Origin: Rhodoferax sp.
GTDB lineage: Bacteria > Pseudomonadota > Gammaproteobacteria > Burkholderiales > Burkholderiaceae_C
DNA: 41,573 nt
Direction: 5' to 3'
Assembly (NCBI GenBank): GCA_030833685.1
Contig: JAURGS010000001.1
Span: forward strand, 1 to 41,573
Shown here: positions 25,809 through 36,490 of the stretch, piece by piece
Layout of the letters: each line of letters begins with the position of its first letter
Position numbering within the stretch: position 1 is the first letter of the stretch
Made by a program: the position numbers and the translations under genes
The notes under the pieces: model-generated
The model's database searches: none
Seen by the model: only the letters and a program-made list of their open reading frames with translations
Told to the model about the DNA's origin: nothing

Positions 25809-28223
25809 ATGCAGTCTGATCATGAACTCCAACCGGCCACCGACGCCGGTCTGTTGCGGCACTTGAATCCGGAGCAACGCGCTGCAGTGACTTTACCCGC
25901 TGTTCATGCGCTCATTCTGGCTGGCGCCGGCTCGGGCAAGACCCGCGTGCTCACGACCCGCATTGCCTGGCTGCTACAAACGGGCCTGGTCTCGCCCGGC
26001 GGTATTTTGGCGGTGACGTTCACCAACAAGGCGGCCAAAGAGATGCTGACGCGCTTGTCGAGCATGTTGCCTCTGAACGTGCGCGGCATGTGGATTGGTA
26101 CTTTTCACGGGTTGTGTAACCGTTTTTTGCGCGCGCACCACAAGCTCGCCGTCCTTCCCCAAAGTTTTCAGATTTTGGACACGCAGGATCAGTTGTCCTC
26201 TCTGAAGCGTCTGTACAAACAATTTGGCCTGGACGATGAGCGCTTTCCTGTCAGGCAGATGCAATGGTTTATCAACAGCTGCAAGGAAGACGGTCTGCGC
26301 GCGGCGGCGGTTCCCGTGCGCGATGATGAAACCCGTCGCAAGGTCGAGATTTACCAGCTGTATGAGCAACAGTGCCAGCGTGAAGGCGTGGCCGACTTTG
26401 CCGAATTGTTGTTACGCAGTTATGAAGTGTTGCGCGACCATGACCCCGTGCGTGAACACTACCAGCGGCGTTTCCGACACGTGCTGATTGACGAGTTTCA
26501 GGACACCAACCGATTGCAGTACGCCTGGATCAAGATGCTCACCGGCACCGGTGCACACGGCGATGTGAGTGCTCCTTTCATGCCCAGCGGCTCGGTGATG
26601 GCGGTGGGCGATGATGACCAGAGCATTTACGCCTTTCGTGGCGCCAATGTGGGCAATATGGCCGACTTTGTTCGGGAATTCAAGGTCGAGCACCAGATCA
26701 AGCTTGAGGAAAACTACCGCAGCGGCAGCAATATCCTGGACAGCGCTAACGCGCTGATCAGCCATAACAACAACCGCTTGGGCAAAAACCTGCGCACTGC
26801 CCAAGGCCCCGGTGAGCCCGTGCGCCTGTTTGAGGCCAGCAGCGACTTTCTGGAGGCGCAGTGGGTGGTTGAGGAGACCAAGCAGCTCGTTCGCGATGGC
26901 ATGGCGCGCCAGGAGGTGGCGGTTTTGTACCGCTCCAACGCGCAAAGTCGGGTCATCGAGACGGCCTTGTTCAATGCCGGCATGCCTTACAAGGTGTATG
27001 GCGGCCTGCGCTTTTTCGAGCGCGCCGAAATCAAGAATGCGCTGGCTTATCTTCGCCTGTTGGAAAACCCCCGTGACGACACCAGTTTTCTTCGCGTGGT
27101 GAACTTCCCGGCGCGTGGCATCGGCATGCGCAGCATTGAACAGCTGCAGGATGCGGCTCGCGCCAGTGGCTGCGCCCTGAGCGAGGCGGTCACGCTTGTG
27201 GCGGGCAAGGCAGGTAGCAACCTGGGGGCTTTTGTGGCCAGCCTGGACGTTCTGCGCGAAAGGGTCCAGGGTTGCAGTCTGCGCGAAATTATCGAAGCCA
27301 TGCTGGAGCACAGCGGCCTGATTGCCCATTACCGTGCCGATCGGGAAGGCGCAGACCGGGTTGAGAACTTGGAGGAGTTGGTCAACGCCGCTGAGAGCTT
27401 TGTCACCACCGAAGGCTTTGGACGCGATGCCGTGGCATTGCCGCTTGATGAACTCGCGCCAGCTTTGACCCAGTCGCCAGCCTCACAAGGCCTGGATGCG
27501 GACCTGGCCGAAGCCGAGACATTTTTGCCTGACCAGGAAACCGGCGAAACGCAGTCACCGCTTTCGGCGTTCCTGACGCACGCCGCGCTGGAGGCGGGCG
27601 ACAACCAAGCCCAGGCCGGGCAGGATGCGGTGCAACTGATGACGGTTCACGCCAGCAAGGGCTTGGAATTTGACTGTGTCTTCATCACGGGCCTGGAAGA
27701 GGGCTTGTTCCCGCATGAAAACTCGATGACCGACAAAGCAAGCCTGGAAGAGGAGCGGCGCTTGATGTACGTGGCGATCACGCGTGCGCGCAAGCGCCTG
27801 TACCTGAGCCACTCACAGACCCGAATGCTTCATGGTCAGACGCGTTACAACTTGCAGAGCCGTTTTTTCGATGAGCTGCCCGATGAGGCATTGAAGTGGA
27901 TCACCCCCAGGCACGGCGCAAATCTGAGCCACAGCCTGGGACTGGAGGGCGCTTCAGGGTCCTGGTCGGACGCGGGCCACGCCAGCACCACATCGCTGCA
28001 ACGGGGCGATTACGGTCGATTTGCGCAAGCGGCGGCACAGCCCAAGGCGCAGGCACAAGCCCAATTTCAGGTAGGACAAAAGGTGTTTCACAACAAGTTC
28101 GGCGAGGGCACGGTGCGCCAGCTGGAGGGGCAGGGCGCCGACGCACGCGCGCAGATCAACTTTCCCCGCCACGGCGTGAAGTGGCTGGCGCTGTCCATCG
28201 CAAAGCTCACCCCCCTTCCTTGA
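25809..28223 (+). CDS. uvrD: DNA helicase II (UvrD/PcrA)
   Basis: AGAGSGKT, TFTNKAA, DEFQD, VGDDDQSIY, YRSNAQS, TVHASKGLEF and EERRLMYVAITRA motifs; C-terminal VFHNKFGEG Tudor-like domain. Confidence 0.95.
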   Translation: MQSDHELQPATDAGLLRHLNPEQRAAVTLPAVHALILAGAGSGKTRVLTTRIAWLLQTGLVSPGGILAVTFTNKAAKEMLTRLSSMLPLNVRGMWIGTFHGLCNRFLRAHHKLAVLPQSFQILDTQDQLSSLKRLYKQFGLDDERFPVRQMQWFINSCKEDGLRAAAVPVRDDETRRKVEIYQLYEQQCQREGVADFAELLLRSYEVLRDHDPVREHYQRRFRHVLIDEFQDTNRLQYAWIKMLTGTGAHGDVSAPFMPSGSVMAVGDDDQSIYAFRGANVGNMADFVREFKVEHQIKLEENYRSGSNILDSANALISHNNNRLGKNLRTAQGPGEPVRLFEASSDFLEAQWVVEETKQLVRDGMARQEVAVLYRSNAQSRVIETALFNAGMPYKVYGGLRFFERAEIKNALAYLRLLENPRDDTSFLRVVNFPARGIGMRSIEQLQDAARASGCALSEAVTLVAGKAGSNLGAFVASLDVLRERVQGCSLREIIEAMLEHSGLIAHYRADREGADRVENLEELVNAAESFVTTEGFGRDAVALPLDELAPALTQSPASQGLDADLAEAETFLPDQETGETQSPLSAFLTHAALEAGDNQAQAGQDAVQLMTVHASKGLEFDCVFITGLEEGLFPHENSMTDKASLEEERRLMYVAITRARKRLYLSHSQTRMLHGQTRYNLQSRFFDELPDEALKWITPRHGANLSHSLGLEGASGSWSDAGHASTTSLQRGDYGRFAQAAAQPKAQAQAQFQVGQKVFHNKFGEGTVRQLEGQGADARAQINFPRHGVKWLALSIAKLTPLP

Positions 28224-28250
28224 TGCCGCCGCAGCCTTGCAGGCTGCTGT

Positions 28251-29024
28251 TCAAGCAAGGCCTTCGGTCTCAAAGCTGTCGCGGAAGGTGAAGTAAAGCG
28301 AGGTAAAAAATACAGAGGCTAGCAAGAGCAGCGTGGGAAACGCCATGCTAGCGGCCAGGTTGGGGCTATCGAGCAGGCTGGCCAGTGTGGTTAGCACCAT
28401 CATCGTCCCCAGCATCACGCCCACCCAGGAGATGCCAAATACCGTGAAAGCCCAGAAATTTCGAAAACAGGCCACGATACTGAAGAACATGCTCTTCATG
28501 GCCGGCATGCCATGCCAGTACACCAGCGCTGGTGCGTGCCAAAAAAGCAGGGACAAGGGAATGTGCAGCCCGATGAATACGAAGACCGCAGAGACGAAAT
28601 CACCCGACTGAATGCTCTGGGCACTGGGCGCCTGGCCCCCCAAGTACATGCGAGCAAATCCGCCACCATCCACCAGATAAGCCAGGCCCAACACGCAGAG
28701 AAAGCCCAGTGCGTACATACCGCCCAAGGCCAACAGGCGCTGGGCAATCTCGGTGCCGGCCCGAAAGCCGCTGATGAGCAGTCGGGGCATCGGGAAGGTG
28801 CCGCTGTCAGCTTCCTTGCTGGCCACCATCAGCCCCAGCGTTGCAGCCGGTAGTAGCGTCATGGCCAGTGGCAGGCCGATGAACGGAATCATGGACGCCA
28901 ATGACAGCCAGGCAATGAACATGAAGAACAAGCCCGCCATCGCCAGTGGCTGGCGGCGAAAGGTTCGCATACCCAGCGCCAGCCAGGTCCATCCTGTTTT
29001 GGCGGGCACCAGTCGCAGTTTCAT
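28251..29024 (-). CDS. BPSS1780 family membrane protein
   Basis: VPAKTGWTW...FRRQP, WHAPALVYW and KSMFFS motifs; multi-TM; usual position downstream of thrB. Confidence 0.8.
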   Translation of the reverse strand: MKLRLVPAKTGWTWLALGMRTFRRQPLAMAGLFFMFIAWLSLASMIPFIGLPLAMTLLPAATLGLMVASKEADSGTFPMPRLLISGFRAGTEIAQRLLALGGMYALGFLCVLGLAYLVDGGGFARMYLGGQAPSAQSIQSGDFVSAVFVFIGLHIPLSLLFWHAPALVYWHGMPAMKSMFFSIVACFRNFWAFTVFGISWVGVMLGTMMVLTTLASLLDSPNLAASMAFPTLLLLASVFFTSLYFTFRDSFETEGLA

Positions 29025-30037
29025 GCAAGCCCCATGGCACGTGGGCGAGGTGTGTTCATCGCGGGATGGTTGCCATCCTGCTGTACACGTTGGCGCAGCA
29101 GACGCTCAAAGGGCGTGGGGTCATGCGCTTTGAGCAGACTGGCTTGCCGGGGCAAATGCTGGTCCCACAGGCGCGAGAGCCAGAATCGAAACGCCCCGGC
29201 CCTGAGCATGGCAGGCAGCAGTCGGTGCTCGGCCGCCGTCAAGGGACGCACGGCTTCGTAAGCGCTGACAAAGCGCTCTGCCAACTCGGGCTCGCTTGCC
29301 CGCGTATCTGCGTGCGTGCACCAATCGTTCAGACATACGGCCAGGTCAAACACAAACGTATCTACACCGGCGAAGTAGAAATCAAAAAACCCGCTTAGCG
29401 CCGGGCCGTTGGCACCCCTGACAAACATCACGTTGTCACGGAACAGATCGGCGTGAATAGGGCCGCGCGGCAGGCCCCGGTAATCAGCGCTGTCAGCCAG
29501 TGCGATCTGGAAAGTCAACTCATCCTTCAAGAGCTGTGCTTGTTGCGGCAAGAGGTAGGGCAACACCACTGGCACGGTTTCCCGCCACCAGCTCAGGCCA
29601 CGTAAGTTGGGTTGTCGCAGTTCAAAGTCCAAACCCGCCAGATGCATTCGTGCCAGCATGTCGCCAACTTGCGCACAATGTTCACCGCTTGGCGAAAGCT
29701 CGCTGCTCCCGTGCAGTTTGTCCACCACCGCGGCAGGTTTGTTCTTCAGATTGAAAACCAATTCGCCCTGGGAATCGGCATGGGGCCGCGGTAGGGGAAT
29801 ACCTTTGTCGGCCAGGTGTTTCATCAAGCGCAGGTAAAAGGGCAGCTGCTCAAAGCTCAGCCGCTCAAAGACGGTCAGCACGTACTCATGCACCTGTCCC
29901 TTGCGCAACGTGTTAACGAAATAATTGGTATTTTCGATGCCACCTTTGCAGCCTTGCATGGCCTGAACAGGCCCCAGGCCCAGGCTTTGCAGAAGGGCAT
30001 CGGCCTCAGGCACCGAAATGTCGGTGTACACCGCCAT
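29021..30037 (-). CDS. thrB: Homoserine kinase (type II, APH-like)
   Basis: MAVYT, GIENTNYF, IHADLFRDN, DFYFA and RFWLSRL motifs. Confidence 0.95.
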   Translation of the reverse strand: MAVYTDISVPEADALLQSLGLGPVQAMQGCKGGIENTNYFVNTLRKGQVHEYVLTVFERLSFEQLPFYLRLMKHLADKGIPLPRPHADSQGELVFNLKNKPAAVVDKLHGSSELSPSGEHCAQVGDMLARMHLAGLDFELRQPNLRGLSWWRETVPVVLPYLLPQQAQLLKDELTFQIALADSADYRGLPRGPIHADLFRDNVMFVRGANGPALSGFFDFYFAGVDTFVFDLAVCLNDWCTHADTRASEPELAERFVSAYEAVRPLTAAEHRLLPAMLRAGAFRFWLSRLWDQHLPRQASLLKAHDPTPFERLLRQRVQQDGNHPAMNTPRPRAMGLA

Positions 30038-30040
30038 GAA

Positions 30041-30352
30041 TTAAAACCCCAAGATTTTCCAGCTACGCTGACCATTGGTCGGAGCGACCTGGTACGCGGG
30101 CATGCCCCCCTTGGGTTGGACATCGATAGAGCGGGTCTGTCCGCCCACCCGCAGTTCATCAATCACGGACCCTTTGTCCTCTAGGCGGATTCTTTCGCTA
30201 CTTTGTTCGACACGCGTGCCCTGCGCCGCTGCAGCATCGGCCACTGGGGCGGGGTTGCCCTGTTGTGCCTGCGCCGACAGGCCGATGGCCAGGCTTAGGC
30301 TGAGCGACAGTCGCTTGGCATACAGGCAGAGTTGGGGTGTGGTTGGGCGCAT
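30041..30352 (-). CDS. Small exported DUF2782-like protein
   Basis: Signal peptide; IDELRVGGQTRSIDVQPK..PAY..W; usual position between thrB and polA. Confidence 0.75.
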   Translation of the reverse strand: MRPTTPQLCLYAKRLSLSLSLAIGLSAQAQQGNPAPVADAAAAQGTRVEQSSERIRLEDKGSVIDELRVGGQTRSIDVQPKGGMPAYQVAPTNGQRSWKILGF

Positions 30353-30465
30353 GTGCTCATTGTAGGTGCCTAGCGCTCAGTCAGTGCCAAACCGGCCTTG
30401 AAGAACCGCTCCCCGCGGCGGCGCCCGAAGCTGAGCTCCCTTGTGTGAGCAGGCACAATGACGGC

Positions 30466-33266
30466 ATGACCGACGCGACTGAAAAAATGCTGCTTTTGCT
30501 GGACGGCTCGAGCTACCTGTACAGAGCGTTTCACGCCATGCCCGATCTGCGCGCGGTCGCTGGTGACCCACAGAGTGCGCCAACCGGCGCGATACGCGGC
30601 ATGATCAATATGTTGCAAAGCCTGCGCAAAGACTATCCAGCCAGTTATGTGGCCTGTGTTTTTGACGCCAAAGGCCCTACCTTCCGGGACGAAATCTACC
30701 CGCAGTACAAAGCCAACCGCTCGCCCATGCCGCCCGATTTGCGGCTGCAGATTGAGCCGATTCACGAGGTGGTTCGGCACATGGGTTGGACGGTGCTTGA
30801 TGTGCCCGGCGTCGAGGCGGACGACGTGATCGGCACACTTTCTCATCAGGCGGCGCGGCAAGGCATACCTGTCGTCATTGTCAGTGGTGACAAAGACCTG
30901 GCGCAGCTGGTCAACGATCAAATCATTATTGTTGACACCATGAACGGTAAGCGCCGTGACGTGGCCGGAGTTCGCGAGGAGTTTGGCGTCTCCCCAGAGC
31001 AGATGCTGGACTACCAGACCCTGGTTGGCGATACGGTTGATAACGTTCCTGGCGTGCCCAAAGTTGGCCCCAAAACAGCGGTGAAGTGGCTCGATGAATA
31101 TGGGTCGCTGGAAAAAATCGTCGAAAACGCCCAGGCGATCAAGGGGGTGGTCGGTGAGAACTTGCGCCAGTCCCTGTCCTGGTTGCCCACAGCTCGGTCC
31201 CTATTGACCATCAAAACCGACTGCAACCTGAGCGACTGGGTGCCAGGGCTGCCAACCCTGGAGGCCTTGCGCACCCAGGCGGCCGATGAAGCCGCTTTGC
31301 TAGCGTTTTATGAGCGATTCGGTTTTAAAGGCCTTTTGCGCAGCTTGCAAACGCCAGCGGCGCAGAGTACCCAGGCCAGCGCCAAGCCTTCGGGCCCAGT
31401 CAGCGCCGACGCTGCGGCAGATTTGTTTGAAGGAACGCCGCATGCCAAACCGAGTGCTCCGTTGGCGACGCGCTATGAAACCATTTTGAGTTGGGACGAT
31501 TTCGATCGCTGGCTGGCCCGATTGCACGCGGCAGATCTGGTGGCACTGGACACGGAAACCACCTCGCTGGACGGAATGCGTGCCAGACTGGTGGGAATCA
31601 GCCTCAGCGTGGCGGTGGGGGAGGCGGCCTACATCCCGCTGGCTCATCAGTACGCCGGAGCGCCCGACCAGTTGCCCATTGACCAGGTATTAGCCCGCCT
31701 GAGCCCATGGTTGCAAGATCCTGTGCGTGCCAAATTGGGCAGCACATCAAATACGACCGCCACGTCATGGCCAATTGCGGCATCGAGGTGCGCGGTTATG
31801 TGCACGACACCATGCTGCAAAGCTATGTGTTGGAAGTGCACCGACCGCACGGCCTGGCCAGTCTGGCAGAGCGCCACCTGGGCCGAAAAGGCCTGAGTTT
31901 CGAAGACTTATGTGGCAAAGGGGCTGCCCAGATCGGTTTTGACCAGGTTGATCTAGCCCGCGCTACGCAGTATTCCTGCGAGGACTCGGACATGACCTTG
32001 CATGTTCACCACCACCTTTGGACCCTTTTGGCACAGGATGAGAAATTAAGACGGATTTACGAGCTGGAAATCGCCAGCAGCGAGGCCTTGTTCAGAATCG
32101 AGCGCAATGGCGTGCTCATTGACGGCCCAACGCTTGCGCAGCAAAGCCAGGAGTTGGGCGAGCGCATTGTCGGCATTGAGGCGCAGGCACATGAGCTGGC
32201 CGGGCAGTCGTTTAACCTGAGCAGCCCAAAACAAATCAGCGAGATTTTCTTCGGTCAGCTGGGCTTGCCCGTGGTGAAGAAAACCGCCACTGGCGCGCCG
32301 AGCACGGACGACGAGGTCTTGCAAAAGCTGGCAGAAGACTATCCTTTGCCAGCCAAAATTTTGGAGTACCGGGGACTGGCCAAGCTCAAGGGCACCTACA
32401 CCGACAAATTGGCCCAGTTGGCGCTGCCCGAAACCGGTCGGGTGCACACCCATTACGCCCAGGCAGTCGCGGTGACTGGGCGTCTGTCCAGCAACGACCC
32501 GAACCTGCAGAACATTCCGATTCGCACCGCCGAGGGGCGCCGCGTGCGCGAGGCGTTTGTGGCGCCGGCTGGCTGTAGCATTGCCAGCGCTGACTACAGC
32601 CAGATTGAGCTGCGCATCATGGCGCACCTAAGCGACGACGCAGCCTTGCTCAAGGCTTTCCATGACGGGCTGGACGTGCACCGGGCGACGGCAGCCGAAA
32701 TTTTTGGTTTGGATACCGCCAGCGTCAGCGCCGAGCAAAGGCGTTATGCCAAGGTGATCAATTTTGGTTTGATCTACGGCATGAGCGCTTATGGTCTGGC
32801 CAAGGCGCTGGGCATCGACAACACGGCCGCCAAAAATTACATCACCCGTTATTTTGAGCGCTACCCCGGTGTGAAACGTTACATGGACAACACCCGTGCA
32901 CTGGCCAAAACCCAGGGTTTCGTGGAAACTGTATTTGGGCGGCGCCTGTACCTGCCAGAGATCAATTCGCCCAACGGTCCGCGCCGCGCGGGGGCTGAAC
33001 GCGCCGCTATCAACGCACCCATGCAGGGGACTGCCGCTGACCTGATCAAGATGAGCATGGTCAAGGTTCAGCAGGTGATCGATGCCCAAGGCCTGTCAAC
33101 GCGCATGATCATGCAGGTCCACGATGAACTGGTGTTTGAAGTGCCCGACAAAGAGCTGGACTGGGTGCGGCACGATGTACCGCGCCTGATGGCAGGGGTG
33201 GCCGAGCTCAAGGTTCCCTTGTTGGCCGAGGTGGGTGTGGGCCCCAACTGGGAGCAGGCCCATTGA
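30466..33266 (+). CDS. polA: DNA polymerase I, reading frame broken by a 1-nt deletion near 31737-31740
   Basis: LLDGSSYLYRAFHA, EADDVIG, GDKD (5' nuclease) and DTET (ExoI) in the first frame; GQHIKYD, DYSQIELR, KVINFGLIYG and QVHDEL in the -1 frame. Confidence 0.92.
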
Positions 33267-33290
33267 GGGCCGGGCGCCGGAGCATCACCC

Positions 33291-33917
33291 GTGTTAAGCC
33301 TTCAGATTGCGACTGTTTTTTTTGGTGCCTCGGTCTTGCTGGGCTTGTCCCCGGGTCCGGACAATCTGTTTGTCCTGATGCAATCTGCCACACACGGGCG
33401 TCGCGCTGGAATTCTGGTGGTGTTGGGTTTGTGCACCGGGCTGCTTGGCCACACCGCGGCGGTGGCACTGGGTCTGGCCGCCGTGGTGGCAGCCTCGGCG
33501 ATCGCGTTCACGGTGCTTAAGTTCGTGGGCGCCGCCTACCTTTTGTACCTGGCTTGGTCGGCCTGGCGCGCACCAGCGGCTCAGGCCAGTGGTGCTGTCC
33601 TGCAGCCCCAAAGTGGCTCAAGCTTGTATTGGCGTGGCGTGCTGATGAACCTGAGCAATCCCAAGGTGGCGCTGTTTTTTTTAGCGTTCCTACCGCAGTT
33701 CGTCCAGCCGCAGCAAGGGCCAGTGGTCTGGCAAACCATTCAGCTCGGCGCGATTTTCATGTTGGCAACCTTGCTCACCTTTGGGGCGATCAGTTTTTTT
33801 GCCGCGTCCATTGGCAACTGGCTCAGACAATCTGCCCAAGCGCAAACCTGGATGAATCGCGGCAGCGCAGTTTTGTTTGCCGGTCTGGCTGTGCGCTTGG
33901 CGATCTCGCAGCGCTGA
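33291..33917 (+). CDS. LysE/RhtB family amino-acid exporter
   Basis: SPGPDN, GAAYLLYLAW and NLSNPKVALFF motifs. Confidence 0.9.
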   Translation: MLSLQIATVFFGASVLLGLSPGPDNLFVLMQSATHGRRAGILVVLGLCTGLLGHTAAVALGLAAVVAASAIAFTVLKFVGAAYLLYLAWSAWRAPAAQASGAVLQPQSGSSLYWRGVLMNLSNPKVALFFLAFLPQFVQPQQGPVVWQTIQLGAIFMLATLLTFGAISFFAASIGNWLRQSAQAQTWMNRGSAVLFAGLAVRLAISQR

Positions 33918-33944
33918 AGCCAGCGCTAGCCCAGCCCGTCGGTT

Positions 33945-34820
33945 TTATGCGCTTTCGACCAAGCGCCCGTCTCGCATGTCGGCGAGTGCCTGGTAGATTT
34001 CGGCCTGGGTATTCATCACAAACGGACCGTATTGCACGATGGGTTCTCTCAGAGGCATGCCCGCAATCAGCAAGAGCTTGGCATCCTCTGTGGCTTGCAA
34101 TGCAATGCCGTCGCTGTGAGCCAGGTTTCGCAAAACAGCCATGTGTCGAATGGGCACAGCCTGGTCGGCCACTTTCACTGAGCCACGGTAGACGTAAATG
34201 AATGCATTCATGCCGGGGTCCAGAATTTGTTCAAAACTGGTGTGGGCAGGCATGTGAATGTCCAGGTACAGCGGCTGAGTACCTGATCGTGTGACGGCGC
34301 CTGTGACACCCTGGGTTTCGCCAGCGATGACTGTGATGTCCAGGCCGTCTTCTCGCTTAAAGTGCGGAAGCTCTGCGGCGTTGAAGTCTTTGTACCAAGG
34401 CGGGCACATCTTGTCTTTGCCGGGCAAATTGAGCCAGAGCTGAAACCCTTCCATCATTCCATATTCCTGTTGCGGAATCTCGGAGTGAATCACGCCTCGG
34501 CCAGCCGTCATCCATTGCACACCGCCGTTTTCTAGCAGGCCTTCGTTGCCTGCACTGTCGCGATGCAACAGGCGTCCCGCAATCATGTAGGTGATGGTCT
34601 CGAAGCCGCGATGGGGGTGGTCTGGAAAGCCTGCGATGTAGTCGTCGGGGTTGTCGCTGCCAAACGCATCGAGCATCAGAAATGGATCAAGCCGCAGCTG
34701 AAGATCGCTGGTGAGCACGCGGGTGAGTTTCACGCCAGCACCATCCGATGTGGGACGCCCCACAATCAGACGCTCTACCGTGCGAGGATTTTTGACAAGG
34801 GTAATGATCTGGTTGTTCAT
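33945..34820 (-). CDS. Pirin family protein
   Basis: DPFLMLD, HPHRGFET, WMTAGRGVIHSE and GPFVMNT motifs. Confidence 0.93.
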   Translation of the reverse strand: MNNQIITLVKNPRTVERLIVGRPTSDGAGVKLTRVLTSDLQLRLDPFLMLDAFGSDNPDDYIAGFPDHPHRGFETITYMIAGRLLHRDSAGNEGLLENGGVQWMTAGRGVIHSEIPQQEYGMMEGFQLWLNLPGKDKMCPPWYKDFNAAELPHFKREDGLDITVIAGETQGVTGAVTRSGTQPLYLDIHMPAHTSFEQILDPGMNAFIYVYRGSVKVADQAVPIRHMAVLRNLAHSDGIALQATEDAKLLLIAGMPLREPIVQYGPFVMNTQAEIYQALADMRDGRLVESA

Positions 34821-34984
34821 GTCGGAATTATTTTTATGTGTTTAGGGTGGCGCTAGCCCTTGATTTTAGTGGCTTGCTCATGGGAGAGCAGATTGAGGGG
34901 CCTGCTTTAGAAGGCGCAGCGCTGGTTCAGCATGCCTGCAAAGCGGGCAGCGTCATGCGGCGCGTTGCGACCAACTGCACGCGA

Positions 34985-35941
34985 TCAGGCTACGGGACTT
35001 AAGTGCAGTAGCCACAACAAAGCACTGACGCTAAAGAACGACAGCGCGGTTGTCACAAGGCTGGCCACGGCGCTCACATCTTCCACGCCGTAGCTTTGGG
35101 CTAGCGTGGTGTAAATCCCGATCATCGGCATGGCAGAAAACAGCAGCGCCGCCGTCCAAAGTTCATTGGGCAAGGCTGCAAAACCCAACAAGGGCAGGAT
35201 CACCAAGGCTGCCCAAACCAGCAGCGGGTGCACAACGAGTTTGCCCGCCACGATTGGCCATACCTCCTTGAATGAGGCGCCGCCGCCAAGGCCGACCAGG
35301 GTTCCGCCAATTACAAATAAGGACAAGGCTGCGCTGGCCGCAGCAATCATGTCAACCGTGCGCGTGAAGGCACTGGGCAAAGTCACGCCCGACACAGAGA
35401 CCAGCAGGCCTGCGATCAGACCCAACATCAGGGGGTTGCGCGCCAAGCGCATCAATGCCGATCGACAGGCCGGCCAGACCTGGCCCGGCTTGCGGCCCAT
35501 TTCCGCCAGAAACAGCAAGACAGGAATAACCACCAGGTTTTCCAGCATCATGTTCAAAGCCAAAGCAACACCAGCGACAGGCGGCATCAGCAATAGCAGC
35601 ACCGGATAACCCACAAAGCCGGTGTTGGAGCATGACATGCCCATCGCGTAAATCGAAGACCTGACAGCGCTGACACCCTGGATGCGGCGCGTGTAGGCAT
35701 AGCCAATGGCAATCACCGCCAGGGTTCCGACAAGGTAAGCCAGCAAGTAGCTGAGATTAAATATTTCTCGAACATGTTTGTCCGCCAGCGCTTTGAACAA
35801 CAGGGCAGGCAGCGCCAGGTTGAGAACAAATCGGCCGATGATGCGCATGTCAGACTTGCCAAACAGCCCCGCTCGTGTCAGCCCATAACCCAGCAGCATC
35901 ATGAGGTAGATCGGGCTGGTGATAGATAAAACGCTTTGCAT
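34985..35941 (-). CDS. AEC (auxin efflux carrier) family transporter
   Basis: FVLNLALPALLF, SNTGFVGYP, NP and KLVVHP motifs; about 10 TM segments. Confidence 0.88.
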   Translation of the reverse strand: MQSVLSITSPIYLMMLLGYGLTRAGLFGKSDMRIIGRFVLNLALPALLFKALADKHVREIFNLSYLLAYLVGTLAVIAIGYAYTRRIQGVSAVRSSIYAMGMSCSNTGFVGYPVLLLLMPPVAGVALALNMMLENLVVIPVLLFLAEMGRKPGQVWPACRSALMRLARNPLMLGLIAGLLVSVSGVTLPSAFTRTVDMIAAASAALSLFVIGGTLVGLGGGASFKEVWPIVAGKLVVHPLLVWAALVILPLLGFAALPNELWTAALLFSAMPMIGIYTTLAQSYGVEDVSAVASLVTTALSFFSVSALLWLLHLSPVA

Positions 35942-36028
35942 CAGGACTGCTCGGGCAAGTGAGTGTGACCAGCTTGAGGTCAGCTAGGCTGGTCGGTAGC
36001 TTAGGTGGTGAGTGCGAGGCTGGAGTGC

Positions 36029-36478
36029 CTATTTACGCACTTCGTCGACCAGGGTTTTGAAGTCGTCGATGTCCTCGAAACTTCGGTAGACGCTGGCAAA
36101 GCGAACGTAGGCTACTTTGTCGAGCTTTTTGAGCTCACGCATCACAAGGCTTCCGATCTGCGTGGACAGCACTTCGCGCAAGCCCTGGCTGAGCAGCTTC
36201 TCTTCAATACGTTCGACCGCGCCATCGAGCTGTTCGGTACTGACCGGGCGCTTGCGTAGCGCCAGTCGCATCGAGGCAAGAAGCTTGGCGCGCTCGTAAT
36301 CAATGCGCCGCCCGTCTTTCTTGACGATCGTCGGGAAATTGACTTCTGGATGCTCGTAGGTCGTGAACCGCTTGTCGCATGTCGCGCAGCGGCGCCGGCG
36401 CCGAATGAAGCTGCCGTCCTCGGCAACCCGGGTCTCTGCAACCTGGGTTTCTGGTTTGCCGCAAAAAGGACAGCGCAT
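36029..36478 (-). CDS. nrdR: Transcriptional repressor NrdR
   Basis: MRCPFC, IRRRRRC..C..RFTTYE, ATP cone, [10 protein letters not shown]. Confidence 0.97.
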   Translation of the reverse strand: MRCPFCGKPETQVAETRVAEDGSFIRRRRRCATCDKRFTTYEHPEVNFPTIVKKDGRRIDYERAKLLASMRLALRKRPVSTEQLDGAVERIEEKLLSQGLREVLSTQIGSLVMRELKKLDKVAYVRFASVYRSFEDIDDFKTLVDEVRK

Positions 36479-36490
36479 AGGCCAGAGGAC

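Noticed and set aside
27415-27560. Acidic insertion in UvrD as a possible intein or mobile insert
   Set aside because: Only about 45 aa, with no intein terminal residues or endonuclease motifs; it looks like a lineage-specific flexible loop.
31725-31780. Programmed -1 ribosomal frameshift in polA
   Set aside because: No canonical slippery heptamer or obvious stimulatory structure; the break is in a short G run within a conserved motif, which better fits an indel error.
35967-35994. Inverted repeat GACCAGC...GCTGGTC between nrdR and the AEC gene
   Set aside because: Short stem, long loop, no U tract and no second copy; not enough to call a terminator or REP element.
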